This document shows, in pieces, positions 22,390-33,407 of a stretch of DNA of 64,000 bases. Each line of letters begins with the position of its first letter. The stretch's first letter is position 1. The stretch is from an uncultured Planctomycetota bacterium. Its GTDB lineage: Bacteria > Planctomycetota > Planctomycetia > Isosphaerales > Isosphaeraceae. The notes below the pieces were generated by a model. The model did no database searches and was not told the origin of the DNA. It saw only the letters and a list, made by a program, of their open reading frames with translations. The stretch is from NCBI GenBank assembly GCA_963845755.1, contig CAWJTV010000011.1, positions 128,001 to 192,000 of the forward strand, read 5' to 3'. The position numbers were made by a program, and so were the translations under genes.

Positions 22390-22755
22390 ATGGCAAGAAC
22401 TCCGGTTTCCCGCGGAGCCGAGCGCGGCGTCGTACGCCCCCCCAACCAGCCCGGAGCGGCCGGTAGCGCCGCCAAGAACAGCTACCTTCCCCTGGACCGC
22501 AGGGATGTCGGTGTCAACGCATCCAATTACGGGACCGGCGGCGACCGCCGCGGCGGTTCGGCGGATCTCACCGGTCAGTCCAGCCCAATACTACCACCCA
22601 ACCACCGTTTCGACGTCAGCATGGCCAAGATGCCTCAGCCCCCATCGGCGATCGAACCAGGCAAGGGGGCGGTACCGGTAACGCCGTGGACTCCCACGGG
22701 CCAGCCGAATCGGGCAATTCCAGAGCCCGACACACCCCGGCAACTACGCAAATGA
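22390..22755 (+). CDS. Pro/Gly-rich, probably disordered protein
   Basis: GAGG RBS; MARTPVSRGAERGVVRPPNQPG...; low complexity. Confidence 0.55.
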   Translation: MARTPVSRGAERGVVRPPNQPGAAGSAAKNSYLPLDRRDVGVNASNYGTGGDRRGGSADLTGQSSPILPPNHRFDVSMAKMPQPPSAIEPGKGAVPVTPWTPTGQPNRAIPEPDTPRQLRK

Positions 22756-23010
22756 GCAAGCCGATCCGCGACTCGATGGCGTCCTGAGTCTCCGCTCGCT
22801 GCCGGCATGACGGCTCATTGCCGTACCGCTCGCCGATGCCCGGGCGCACGTAGGGTCGGGACGTTCCATGCGGCCCGAGACCGTCTTATCGAGCTTCGTC
22901 GATTTGCTCAGCCTGTCGTGAAAGAGAACATGAGAAAGCAGTTCGCACGGCACCAGGCGAGCGAATGGATTCCCGAAGCTCTACTCGAGTTCGAGAGAAG
23001 GGTCAATTCG

Positions 23011-23148
23011 ATGGCGAAGAAATCGGCTCCGAAGTGCAAACCGATCGTTCCCGGCAAGGGCCCCAAGCCGGCCGGCATGAATCAACCGCCCGCCGGCCGG
23101 GCGAAGATGGTCAACCCGCGAGCCAAGACCGGCAAGAAGGGCCGATGA
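23011..23148 (+). CDS. 45-aa Lys/Pro-rich basic peptide
   Basis: GAGAAGGG RBS; MAKKSAPKCKPIVPGKGPKPAGMNQPPAGRAKMVNPRAKTGKKGR, with no acidic residues. Confidence 0.55.
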   Translation: MAKKSAPKCKPIVPGKGPKPAGMNQPPAGRAKMVNPRAKTGKKGR

Positions 23149-23366
23149 GCCAGCGGCGATGCGTGGCGAGTGACGGATCCTGGTCACCTCCGCAGCACGT
23201 CTTCAAGCCACGATCGGCGCCGCGGTGGATTATCTCCCGGGCATCGTTGTCCGGCGAAAACTCGATCATGGGACATCGGTACCGGGAACCCGACAGTCCG
23301 AATTGATGACATCCCGAATCGCCTAACTATAATTCCCGCCGCCAAAGGCGGCCGAGGGCACCCTTC

Positions 23367-24068
23367 ATGACCCTCAGTGCATCCCTGCCCGAACAGACGA
23401 CGCCCGTTTATTGCACGGACGAGGACATCCTCGTGCATGCCGGCGGCGACTTCATCACGCTCTGCCCTCCCTGGCAACAAATGGCCGCTGGAACCGATGG
23501 GAGCTTCGCCTCTGGGACTCCGTGGGTGCTGACCTCGGCTTCCGTCGACTTCGCCGCAAACGGAGTAAGTGCTAATCAAGTGATCTGGCTGACGGCGCCG
23601 AAGACGCAGTACCCCGGCGGCGGCCAGCTCCTGGCGATCGACAGCGTTTCGGGCAACTCCATCACGCTCAGACGACCGCACAAGGACCTTTACGTCGGCC
23701 AGCCGCCGGCACCCGCCTCGGGTTTGACCACGGTCGCCTTCACCATCAACACCCTCGACCCCCAATCCGAAGAAGCCAGCTTCGACCTCAAGCGACGGTT
23801 CGCCATCGACGACACGGTCGGCGGCGACTTCAGCCGGTCGAGTTCCTGGGTCTACGATCTACGCGACCTCCGGATGGCCACGGTCCTCTCGGTCCTCCAT
23901 GACCGCTACACGCAGGAGACGCGCACGGACAAGGGCGACTACGCGATCAAGATCAAGCGAATCGACCAGCAGCTAAACGACGTCCTGTCTCGCGTCCAGG
24001 TGCGCTGGGGGCCGTTTGGCAATTCGGCCGAGCCGTCCACGCTTTTTAGCTGCAAGCTGAGTCGATAG
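23367..24068 (+). CDS. Putative head-tail connector/adaptor protein
   Basis: N-terminal VYCTDEDI (adaptor-like YxTxxD start), inserted beta domain, helical C-terminus; lies between head and tail genes. Confidence 0.55.
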   Translation: MTLSASLPEQTTPVYCTDEDILVHAGGDFITLCPPWQQMAAGTDGSFASGTPWVLTSASVDFAANGVSANQVIWLTAPKTQYPGGGQLLAIDSVSGNSITLRRPHKDLYVGQPPAPASGLTTVAFTINTLDPQSEEASFDLKRRFAIDDTVGGDFSRSSSWVYDLRDLRMATVLSVLHDRYTQETRTDKGDYAIKIKRIDQQLNDVLSRVQVRWGPFGNSAEPSTLFSCKLSR

Positions 24069-24149
24069 TTCCCAGTTCCCAGCGAATGCCGATGCACCAG
24101 GATTCGCTGGCCACGCGTAACCAGCAACCCCAAGAAGGGACCTTTTCCC

Positions 24150-24608
24150 ATGGCTGCCTTGCAAGGCCAGGTCGCTTTCGGCGCCGGCGCGACCTGCCCG
24201 CTCAGTGCCGGGATCCCCAGGACTCCGGTCTCGGTCTCGGCACCCAGCAACCAGCGGCTCAAGATCCTCGGCTACGGATTCTTCTTCGACGGCACTCTCA
24301 ACTCGGCCCAACCGGTCGAGATCGACATCAAGAGGGCAACGGCCGCGGGGTCCGGCACCACGGCGACTCCTCAGCCTAATGAAGGGGAACTTACCGAGAC
24401 GTTCCAGTCTTCCTGGTTGATCGATTGCACGACTGAGCCGACCTACACCAGCACATTGAAAACGATCACGGTCCACCCCCAACTTGGCTACGAGTACCTG
24501 GCCCCGGTCGGCCAGGAGATCATCGTCAAAGGGGGCGGCATCCTGGGATTCCAGGCGAACGCCCCGGCGGCGGTGAACATTCGCGGTTATGTGATGTACG
24601 AGGAGTAA
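24150..24608 (+). CDS. Putative virion structural protein
   Basis: 152 aa, beta-rich, ends in VNIRGYVMYEE; operon context. Confidence 0.55.
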   Translation: MAALQGQVAFGAGATCPLSAGIPRTPVSVSAPSNQRLKILGYGFFFDGTLNSAQPVEIDIKRATAAGSGTTATPQPNEGELTETFQSSWLIDCTTEPTYTSTLKTITVHPQLGYEYLAPVGQEIIVKGGGILGFQANAPAAVNIRGYVMYEE

Positions 24609-24612
24609 GCCG

Positions 24613-25473
24613 GTGCCGACCATTCGTGGCACCCTTGACAGCGCGGCCCCGAACACGGGCGTGCCAAACCGCGCGATCTCGATCCGTGGCACCATCAGCA
24701 ACGCGGGCAGCGGCTCGTCGGTCGCGAGACCCGTCGCTCGGCACGGTACGCCGCTGTTCCGCGGCGAGGTCCGGCTGGGCACCTTGGTGCTCAGGGCTCC
24801 GGTGAATGAGGTCCAGTATCATGTCTACAGGAACAGCGCAGGCAGCAGTCCGATCAACTACGGATCCCCGGCCGCGACCGTCTTGGCCACCACCTGGACT
24901 ACCGGAACCCTAGAAGCGCCTGGCACTTGGCTATTTGGAGTCCGGGCGTTCAACGACGGCGGCGAGGAGCAGAATCTCGACTGCGCCGTCGAGATTGTGC
25001 TGGACGCCACCGGCAACGACATCACCAACATCCCGCTTCCACCCACTGGACTCAGGACTTTCGCGACTTCTGGTGGTGGCATTCGGGTCGAGTGGTGGTA
25101 TCCCGCGACGCCAGGTCCAAGGGCACCGACGGGGTTCCACGTCTATGTGAGCGGCCACGCGTCCTATGGGGCCGTGCCGAACATCGTCGTGCCGGGCAAT
25201 TCTGCCGCCGTGAATGACGGCTCCGTCACGGCCACGGGCAAAGGGGCGACCCCGAACTACTCCACACCGGCGGCGACCGTCCTTTACAGCGCCGGCATCT
25301 TCAACACTTTTCAATCCAATCTCGACAGCCTTTCCGACGGCATCCAATACACCGTCGGGGTTCGGGCTTTCAACGCATCTGGCGAAGAACAGAACACCAC
25401 GGTCGTCACGGTGACGGCCGATGCCACCGGGCCAGCGGCCGTCGATTCGCTGACCGCCACAGCGATCGTGTGA
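24613..25473 (+). CDS. Fibronectin type III-like repeat virion protein
   Basis: Two internal repeats: YHVY..NYGSPAATV..FGVRAFNDGGEEQN and FHVY..NYSTPAATV..VGVRAFNASGEEQN. Confidence 0.7.
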   Translation: MPTIRGTLDSAAPNTGVPNRAISIRGTISNAGSGSSVARPVARHGTPLFRGEVRLGTLVLRAPVNEVQYHVYRNSAGSSPINYGSPAATVLATTWTTGTLEAPGTWLFGVRAFNDGGEEQNLDCAVEIVLDATGNDITNIPLPPTGLRTFATSGGGIRVEWWYPATPGPRAPTGFHVYVSGHASYGAVPNIVVPGNSAAVNDGSVTATGKGATPNYSTPAATVLYSAGIFNTFQSNLDSLSDGIQYTVGVRAFNASGEEQNTTVVTVTADATGPAAVDSLTATAIV

Positions 25474-25491
25474 TCCAGAGGATGCGACTCC

Positions 25492-26981
25492 ATGTCAGTG
25501 AATCTGAACAACCTTGCGAACAACGTTTCCGGCTTGACGCTGGCAAATGCGTACACAGCCGGTTCCGGAAGTTTCATGCTCACATCCGGCGGCAGTATGT
25601 TTCCCGCCGCACCTTGCCGCATGACGGTCATCACGGCGGCAACCTATCAGACGCCCGCCGAGACGTTGACCATCTACGAGGTCACGGGTATCGCCGGGAA
25701 CGTCATCACGGTCTCCGGCGCGATCGAGGGTACGACCGATCGCAATTATGCTGTTGGCGACAAGGTCGATCTGAGGCTCACGGCGGGCTCGGTCAACGAT
25801 CTGAATACATCGTTGACGCCCCTGATCGAGACCGTGGCGGCCACTGGCTCGACCCAGGGCGGCGCGGCGGCACTGGCGGCGTCGAGCTTCTTTGCCACCG
25901 AGGGCTTCCACCTGATCACGGCCAGCGCTGCCGCTGGCGTCGTGCTCCCGGCGATTACCTCGGCAGGCCACAAGTCCACCGTCATCAACACGTCGGCGTT
26001 CGTGATCACCGTCTACCCCAATGGCAGTCAGACGATCAATGGCGGCTCTGGGGGCATGGGCATCACCATCCCAGCCGGCGCGACAAAGACCTTCGTCTCC
26101 TCGACCACATCGAACTGGCAGACATCCGGAGCCGGCGTCACGGTCTTCGGCACGGCGGGCGGCTCCGCCGTTGTGAACGCCACATATACCGTGCCTGCGG
26201 GCTGCACAACGCTCCGCATGATCGCCATCGGAGCCGGGGCCGGCGGCGGTGCGGGCGGCGTCGGCGCCAACAGCACATTCGGCGGCAACGGCGGCGCCTC
26301 CGGCGGCTACTCCGACGCGACCTACATCACGTCCGCAATCCCCAGCACCTTCACGGTGAACGTGGGCGCTGGCGGCACGGGGGGCGCCGGCGGCACGAGT
26401 GCGACCGGCAATAGCGGGGCGCCGGCTCGGGCAATAGCACGGTTTCCAACGTCAACCTCTTCCTTTCCGCGTCCTGTGCGGCCACGGGCGGCGGCGGCGG
26501 CGGTGCATCCGTCGGTGCGACGTCGAACGCCGGCACGTCGAACTTCTACGCGGGCGCCGCTGGCGGCCTCTCGACGGCGGGCAACGGCAACGGCGGGACC
26601 AATACCAGCTCCCTCGCGCCCGGTTCCGGGGGCGCCGGTGGTGGGATCAGTAGCGGCGGCGTCGCGGGTAACGGCGGCGGCGGCGGGGCGATGGTGCGCG
26701 TCCAGGCCAACGGTGGTGCCGGCAGCGGCGGTGCGGGCGTGGCGAGCGGGACCCCGAACGCGGGCACGGCGGCTCCGAACCCGGGCGGCATCACCCTGAT
26801 GGCCATCGGTGGCGGTGGCGGCGGCGGTGGCGGCGCCAACAGCGGCGGCAACGGCGGCAACGGCGGCGCGGGTGCATTCCCGGGCGGCGGCGGCGGCGGC
26901 GGCGGTGCTGGCTTCACCGGAAACAGCAGTGGTGGCGGCGCCGCGGGCGCGAATGGGATCGTGATCTTCATCGCATCCTGA
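25492..26981 (+). CDS. Glycine-rich fibre protein (frameshift near 26430)
   Basis: N-terminal attachment-like domain (GAIEGTTDRNYAVGDKVDLRLTAG); YTVPAGCTTLRMIAIGAGAGGG; poly-Gly runs; ends GGGAAGANGIVIFIAS. Confidence 0.75.
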
Positions 26982-27024
26982 GCCCCTCGACCGAAACCCA
27001 ACCCCGCACCTCGAGGGAATCTCC

Positions 27025-30000
27025 GTGCCCAGCCACGTCCCCAACCAGCTCGCGCCGAATACGGCCGTCCCCGGCGCGCTGCCCGTCCGCGCTCTCGACG
27101 CGCGGTGCCGAACCGATTCGTCCCCAACCAGCTCGCGCCGAACGGCCCGGGGCAGGCCGCGATCGTGCCGGTGTATTTCCTGGCGGGCGCGGCGACAGGC
27201 GCTCCGGGCAGCGCGCGTTTGTCGTGACGCTCACTCCGCAATCGATGTCCGGTACTGACACGGTGACGCTCTCCGACGGCGGCGCCGGTGGGACATTTCT
27301 CCCGTCGGCGACTCTGGCGATCACGGCGGCGACGCCGGCTCAGGCGATCTCGTATATTCCGCCGGCCGTCGGCGGCTTCTCGATCACGGCGAGCAGCCTC
27401 GCCGGCTACCAAGTCCGCGGCAATCCCCAGACCATCTCTGTCTCCGCGGAGATCTACCCGAATCTTGAGCTTGGGCAACTGCCGAATGGGCTTCCCTCGG
27501 TCTACGTTGACCAGACTGGGCAGCTCGTCTACTTTCTCGTCCAGCAAGACCACGGCGGTTCTGCGCGGCCGCTGTTGCATCTGCTGCTGCGAACGTCACT
27601 GGAGGTAGTGTCGCCGGGTTCAGTGTTATTTCGGGCGGCTCTGGCTACTCCAGCAGCACGCCCCCATCCGTCTTTCTCGCTGGCGGTGGAGGCACAGGCG
27701 CCACGGCGACGGCGACGGTCTCGGGCGGTGTCGTGACCGGGATCACTGTGGTCAACCCCGGCGGCGGGTACACGTCGGCGCCCACCGTGACGATCTCGCC
27801 AGCACTGCCGTCGTACGTGACCTCGGTCTCGGCCAACCCCACGATCTACAAGAACGGCGTCGCGCAGACGCTGCCGATGATCGTCAATACCATCGCGGTC
27901 ACCGCCGGGGGCCATTCGTACACGCTGGCTCCCGTCGTCACGATCACACCGGCATCCGGGGACACGACCGGCACGGGGGCGACCGCAACCGCCACGCTCT
28001 CGGGCGGGTCCGTCTCCAGCATTACGATCACGTTGCCGGGAGCCTGCTACACCAAGCCCCCCACCGTCACGATCACGCGAGCATCCGGGGACACGACCGG
28101 CACGGGGGCGACCGCAACCGCGACGATCGGGCCGTTCTGGACCAATTCCAGCCACCAGTGGCCGTATGTGGTCTACCAGCTCCCGACCCAGGCCAGCTCG
28201 ACCGACGTCCTGACCTTCAGCGCGCCATCCGGATGGCTGACGACCAGCGCCGGCTCGCTTCCCGCCGTGACTCTGGCCCCGATCACGAATTTCGTGGGCC
28301 AGCTGGAGACGGCCCCGGTCGGCTGGGGGTATTGCTCGTTCGGGACCAACCACGGCGTGATGGGGCTCGGCATCAATGTCGCGTGGCCCAACTCCGACAG
28401 CAGCAGGCCCTATTACCAGTCGCGGAACTGGATGCACCGGGCGACGCGATCCTGGGCGCCGCCGGCAATGTGCCGAACGCCGTCACGATCGACGCGGGGG
28501 GGCACCCCACGGCCATCGTCGCGGCCAACGGGACCGCGTACGCAGGGATGATTTCCACCCTGTTCAATTCGGTGAACACCCAGGGCCTGGCGACGGTCAA
28601 TGGGGTCTGGAGCTTCATCGCCACGGAGAATGCCGGCGGCCCGCTTTACCCCACCGCCACCCCGATGGTCGTGTCGCTCACGGGCACCCCGCTAACGACC
28701 GTCACCGCGCTGCCGGGGTCGCCGACCGGGACCAGCCCCGGGACCAAGGTCTGGCAGTGGCATGTCCACACGCCCAACGGCACCGGGGCTGCGTATGCGT
28801 GCGGGCTCACGCTGGAGGTCCAGACCCCCGGCGGCGGCCCCGGCCCGTGGACCCTCTCGGACGAGTGGTTCCTGACGCCGCAGGCGTTCGCCCCGGCCCC
28901 GGTCGGCGACATCAACGTCACCGCCTATGGCAGCGGCTACACGGCACCCACGGCGACGCTGACCGGCGGCGGCGGCACGGGCGCAACCGCGACCGTCGGG
29001 GCGCTGGCCAACGGCGCCATCATCGCGGCGACGGTCACCAGCGGCGGCACGGGCTACAACGCGAACGCGCGGCCGACGGTCACCGTCTCGGGCGGCGGCG
29101 GCACGGGCTTCGCGGCCTTCGTCAATATCCTGGGCGGCGCCATCGCCAGCGTCGTGGTGTCGAATTGCGGCTCGGGATACACGAGCGCCCCGACGCTCGG
29201 GCTCAGCGGGGGTTCCGGTACGGGCGCGGTCCTGACCGCCGCCGCGCCGGTCAACGGCGTCATCACCAGCATCTCGGTCGGCAATCCCGGCTCGAATTAC
29301 ACCTCGTCGCCCGCGGTGACGATCGCGGACGCCACCGGCTCGGGCGCGACCGCATGGGCGCTCCTGCTGTGCCGACCCCAGAGCACGAACGTCTCGGATG
29401 CGGCGGCGCCCGACCCGAGCGTCGTCGCGATGCTGACGACCCCCTCCGGCAAGACCCCGACGTTCTGCCGGTTCATGGACGTGACCCAGACCTTCGACAA
29501 CGAATCCAACGTCACCGACGCGGACGACCTGATCCAGCTCACGGATTTCTCGTGGGTGAGCCAGCGGCTGCCGGCGGCCACCGCCACGGTCGCGGGCAAC
29601 GCCGTGACCGGGCTCACGTTCACGTTCACGGGCCAGAACCTCTCGTCGGCTCCCGCGGTCGTCTTCACCGGCGGCGGCGGCACGGGCGCGGCCGCGACCG
29701 TGACCGTCGCCGGCGGCTCGATCACGGGATACACGATCACCTCGGGCGGCTCGGGATACACGAGCGCGCCGACGGTTGCGCTGGTGGGCGGCAATACCAC
29801 CAACCTGATGCGCACCTTCGCCATTACCCAGATCGGGCCGTACACGCCGAACAAGGTTTACGTGTCGGACAACTGGCCCGGCACCACGGCGTCAGCGAAT
29901 TATCCGGCAAGCGATCCGCTCCCGTACTACTGGACTCCCACGTCGCCCACTTTCCTGGACTCCTGGTATCAGGGAGGTAATAGCAGCAATTCCTGGGCGG

Positions 30001-31478
30001 CCGAAGCAACGACCGCATTGCCCCACGGCCTCAAGACGGGACAGCAAATCTCCTGGGTCGGCACGGTTGGCGGCACGATCACGGTTCAGGCGCCGGGCGG
30101 CAACGCGGTCAACGTTACCCCTACGACTGCCAGTACCCTCGCGGTATACGTCACCAGTCCGACCACGTTCGCTTTCTGGATGAACTCGAACTCGCTGAAC
30201 AAGGGGTTCGGGATCGCGAGCGTCACGTCCGCGGCGGTCTCGTGTCGCCCTGGTCGGCACCGTCATCGTCCCGGACCAGGGCGTCGTGGCGTACGAGGTC
30301 CCGGCCGACTACTCCAACTATCTGCCGGGCAGCAACCTCCACATCAACATCCCGCACAATGCGACGCTCGCGTGCACCCAGGCCATCGCCGTGCGGCGTG
30401 CTCGCGGTCGTCTCGCCGGACGTGCTGATCGAGGTCGAATTCACGAACGAGCACTGGGACAACACCTTCGTCCGCAACAACATACTGTGGAGCTACGGCA
30501 ACATCTCGGGGCTGTTCCCCACCTCGTCGACGGTCCTCGACCAGATTTACACCCTGAGGGCCTCCCAGGTCCATCAGGCGTTCTTTGACGTCTTCGACGC
30601 AGCAGGGCGCGGCAACCAGATCATCCGGCTATTCGCCGGATTCTGGGTTGAGCCGATCGTCACGACGAATATGTGCGCCTATGCGGCGGCGAACAACATC
30701 CAGATGGATGCCATCGTGATCGCCCCCTATCCGGGCATCCCCAGGGATATACCACTGATCTCAGCCGGCGCCCTGCTGGCGACCTACAGCGCGGACAGCG
30801 TCCTGTTTGGAGCGACCTCGCCGTGGACGCGGCCCATGATGTCCTCGGTCCTCCGGCATCACACCAAATACGGTTCGGACTCAAACCTCTGGGCACAGCA
30901 CGCGTCTGCGATCACCCAGAACTACATCGGTGCGGGAGCGCCCGCCACGCGCTTTGGCCGGTTCCCGGTCATCGGCTGCTACGAGAACTGCGCTCACCCC
31001 CCTCATCCCGACTGGCGTGGACCTGTTCAGTTCGGACGTCAATTCGGTGAGTTTGCGGTCGCAGTTGACGTTTGACCTGCGCTACGACCCGTCGCTCTAC
31101 TCCGCCCAGCATGCGCTCTACGAGTCGGCACAGGACGGCGGGGCGACCTATTGCATCCATTACAACTTCTGCGGGGCGAACAGCACGACGGCCACGCAGT
31201 ACGACGGCCCCAGCGCCCTCAATTATCCCCTCTATACCTGGCTCGGCCAGTTGTGGGGCTACGGGGACGGCTCCGACGGCAAGCCGGTCAACCAATTCGC
31301 CGCGCCCACTTTCGTCACTGCTCATGACTATCAGAACGTCTCGGTGATGGGTCAAGCGTGGCGCGACTGGGCGGACGCGGCCAACACAGCGTTGTTGCCA
31401 CGCCGTGCGAGCAACACGTTGACGAATTGTCGGTGGTTTCCGAAATTGCAACGCCCTGTCGCCCGGATGAGAGCATAA
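27025..31478 (+). CDS. Large fibre/adhesin with [22 protein letters not shown] repeats and a glycoside-hydrolase-like barrel (several frameshifts)
   Basis: At least 6 '[13 protein letters not shown]...G.GYTSAPTV' repeats; motifs [46 protein letters not shown] across ORFs 27224, 27733, 28158, 30286, 30242 and 30930. Confidence 0.65.
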
Positions 31479-31487
31479 GAGGTTAGG

Positions 31488-31943
31488 ATGTCCAGAGAAC
31501 GCGACGTTCGGAACGCCTTACAGACGGCCCTCCTGGCGACCGGTTCGTTCAGCGACGTGTGGCTGAGCGGGCTTCCCGAGGCTTTCGGCCATGGGGTCAG
31601 CGACCTCACAGCGGCGGCGATTGAGCCAGTTGCGAGCGAATTCAGCGCGGGCTGGGATTCGGCTCCCGGTGGCTCGCTCGATTATACGACCACTTTGCGC
31701 GTGACGTTGCTGGCGCGACATCCGGACCCACAACTTCGCGATGAACTCGCTGAGCAACTCCTGAACTATTTGAACGACGCCGTGAACGGACAGGCACTCG
31801 TACCTGGGTACACCGTTCCCCAGAAGACGTCGGTGACTTCTTGGCAATGGCAGACCGCAGTACCCCCGGAACGGCGCATTGTGGCGGTGGCCAGCATCTC
31901 CTACCTGGTCGAAGGTTGGGACAACTTCGACGTCTCTGAATAA
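31488..31943 (+). CDS. Putative tail terminator/completion protein
   Basis: 151 aa, VRNALQTALLAT start, alpha/beta pattern; directly before the tube gene. Confidence 0.55.
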   Translation: MSRERDVRNALQTALLATGSFSDVWLSGLPEAFGHGVSDLTAAAIEPVASEFSAGWDSAPGGSLDYTTTLRVTLLARHPDPQLRDELAEQLLNYLNDAVNGQALVPGYTVPQKTSVTSWQWQTAVPPERRIVAVASISYLVEGWDNFDVSE

Positions 31944-31955
31944 GGGTTCTAGTTC

Positions 31956-32371
31956 ATGTCAGCAACGGCACTTCAGCTAAATTGGAGTTCTGTCGAGTTC
32001 GCCTCGACACCTCTTACTCGCGTTACCGCGATCATGTTCGATCAGGGCGGCGAGCTGATCGAGTTCGCCGGCGACAACGACCGGTATCCCGTCGTCATCG
32101 CCAATCCGATGAACCGTCCTCGATGCTCGATTACCTCCGCCGATGTCGCGACCTTGATGGGGATCGCGCCGGGGACGTCGGGGACAATCACCGCAACCCA
32201 GGTCGATGCGCTCGAGGCCACCGGCGGATCGATCGTCTGGTGCTCGCCAATGCCGTACACGAGAGCACACAAGACACAGGGCCGTTCGGCCAATTCGCCA
32301 CGGCGACGGCGACGTTCCGGGCCTACAGCAGCGATGGGGCGACAAATCCGCTCAGCTTTACTCGTTCGTAG
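31956..32371 (+). CDS. Putative major tail tube protein (frameshift near 32240)
   Basis: About 138 aa joined, beta-rich, ending LANAVHESTQDTGPFGQFATATATFRAYSSDGATNPLSFTRS; followed by a hairpin and the chaperone genes. Confidence 0.6.
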
Positions 32372-32415
32372 CCTCCTCCCCTCGATGGGCACGGGCCGAG
32401 GTGGGAGCGGGACTG

Positions 32416-32510
32416 GAAGGCTGAAGGCCGAATGAAGGCCGCGCCCGTTCTAACTCAGCCTTCCTCCTTCAGCCTTTGGAAGGACCACTTTCCCCTACAA
32501 GGGAGAGAAG
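32416..32510. repeat. Second GAAGGCT/AGCCTTC heptamer inverted repeat with REP-like tail
   Basis: GAAGGCTGAAGGCCGAATGAAGG...CAGCCTTCCTCCTTCAGCCTT followed by CACTTTCCCCTACAAGGGAGAGAAG, similar to 20800-20930. Confidence 0.65.
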
Positions 32511-32519
32511 CGAGACATC

Positions 32520-32855
32520 ATGATCCCGACCACGCCGCTGCCCGACGCCCTCCTGGTCCCCGAGAAGATCAAGCGAGGCCGAACTCTCTTCGAGAGGATG
32601 TGCTCCATTTTGGACTTCGCAGAACCCATGCTCGGCGTGGACCGGTCGAAGGGGGAAAGGGCCTACATTCACCGTCAGCCCCGGGGATGGCTGTTCATCA
32701 CGAAGGACCGGTTCGACACGATCTATCACCCGCTTCGAACGCCATTGCAGGGACGCCCCAGGTACACCTGGCTCGATGGCCGGGACGGCATTCGCAGGGG
32801 ATATCTCACCGAAGCAGCCCGAAGAGTAACGATCGATGCTGAACGAGAGAGCTAA
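32520..32855 (+). CDS. Hypothetical protein
   Basis: 111 aa ORF overlapping the next gene. Confidence 0.55.
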   Translation: MIPTTPLPDALLVPEKIKRGRTLFERMCSILDFAEPMLGVDRSKGERAYIHRQPRGWLFITKDRFDTIYHPLRTPLQGRPRYTWLDGRDGIRRGYLTEAARRVTIDAERES

Positions 32856-33246
32856 ACGGCGCGAGACTTTCGACGAATGCAACTCCGTCCCCGTCATTCT
32901 GGCTGACGGCCAGCCGTGGTCGGTTCCGAAGCCCTGGCTCGAGATCCGTGCTTCGTTCGGGAGCGGTAAGGCCCAGTCCACCTACCCTGTCCTGACCTAC
33001 GGGCCGGAGCTCGATGCCCTGGTCAAGGCGATCGGAGAGTGCCACGACAACGCGGCTCTCTTGTGCGGCGCGGCGTCGCTGGGGGCATACCTGGTCTCCC
33101 AGAACTACGACCTCTCGGACGAAGATCTCGACCAGTTGTTCGCCTTCCGTGTCGGGGCACCGGCGTCGTGGGACTGGGCGCGGGCCGTCATGGACATAGC
33201 GACGGGGCAATCCGGCCCAAAACGTGGGTGCGGTGGCGCAAGCTGA
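32836..33246 (+). CDS. Tail assembly chaperone (gpG-like)
   Basis: 136 aa, between tube and tape measure; slippery heptamer near the 3' end. Confidence 0.7.
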   Translation: MLNERAKRRETFDECNSVPVILADGQPWSVPKPWLEIRASFGSGKAQSTYPVLTYGPELDALVKAIGECHDNAALLCGAASLGAYLVSQNYDLSDEDLDQLFAFRVGAPASWDWARAVMDIATGQSGPKRGCGGAS

Positions 33247-33407
33247 CCCTGCTCGCCAACGGGTCCCTCCCACCGCTGATACTGCTCGAAGACGCGAACG
33301 ACCTCCTCGACTTCTTCGAGGCAACCGGCCAAACGATACCTCGGACGAAATGGGCCATCGAATCGATAGCCGCTGTGCAGCGGCGCAACCTTGAGGCGAT
33401 GTTCTGA
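33216..33407 (+). other. Programmed -1 frameshift site C CCA AAA (33216-33222) and gpGT-like extension
   Basis: X XXY YYZ heptamer in the correct phase; the -1 frame stays open (TWVRWRKLTLLANG...NLEAMF) to a TGA overlapping the tape-measure ATG. Confidence 0.75.
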
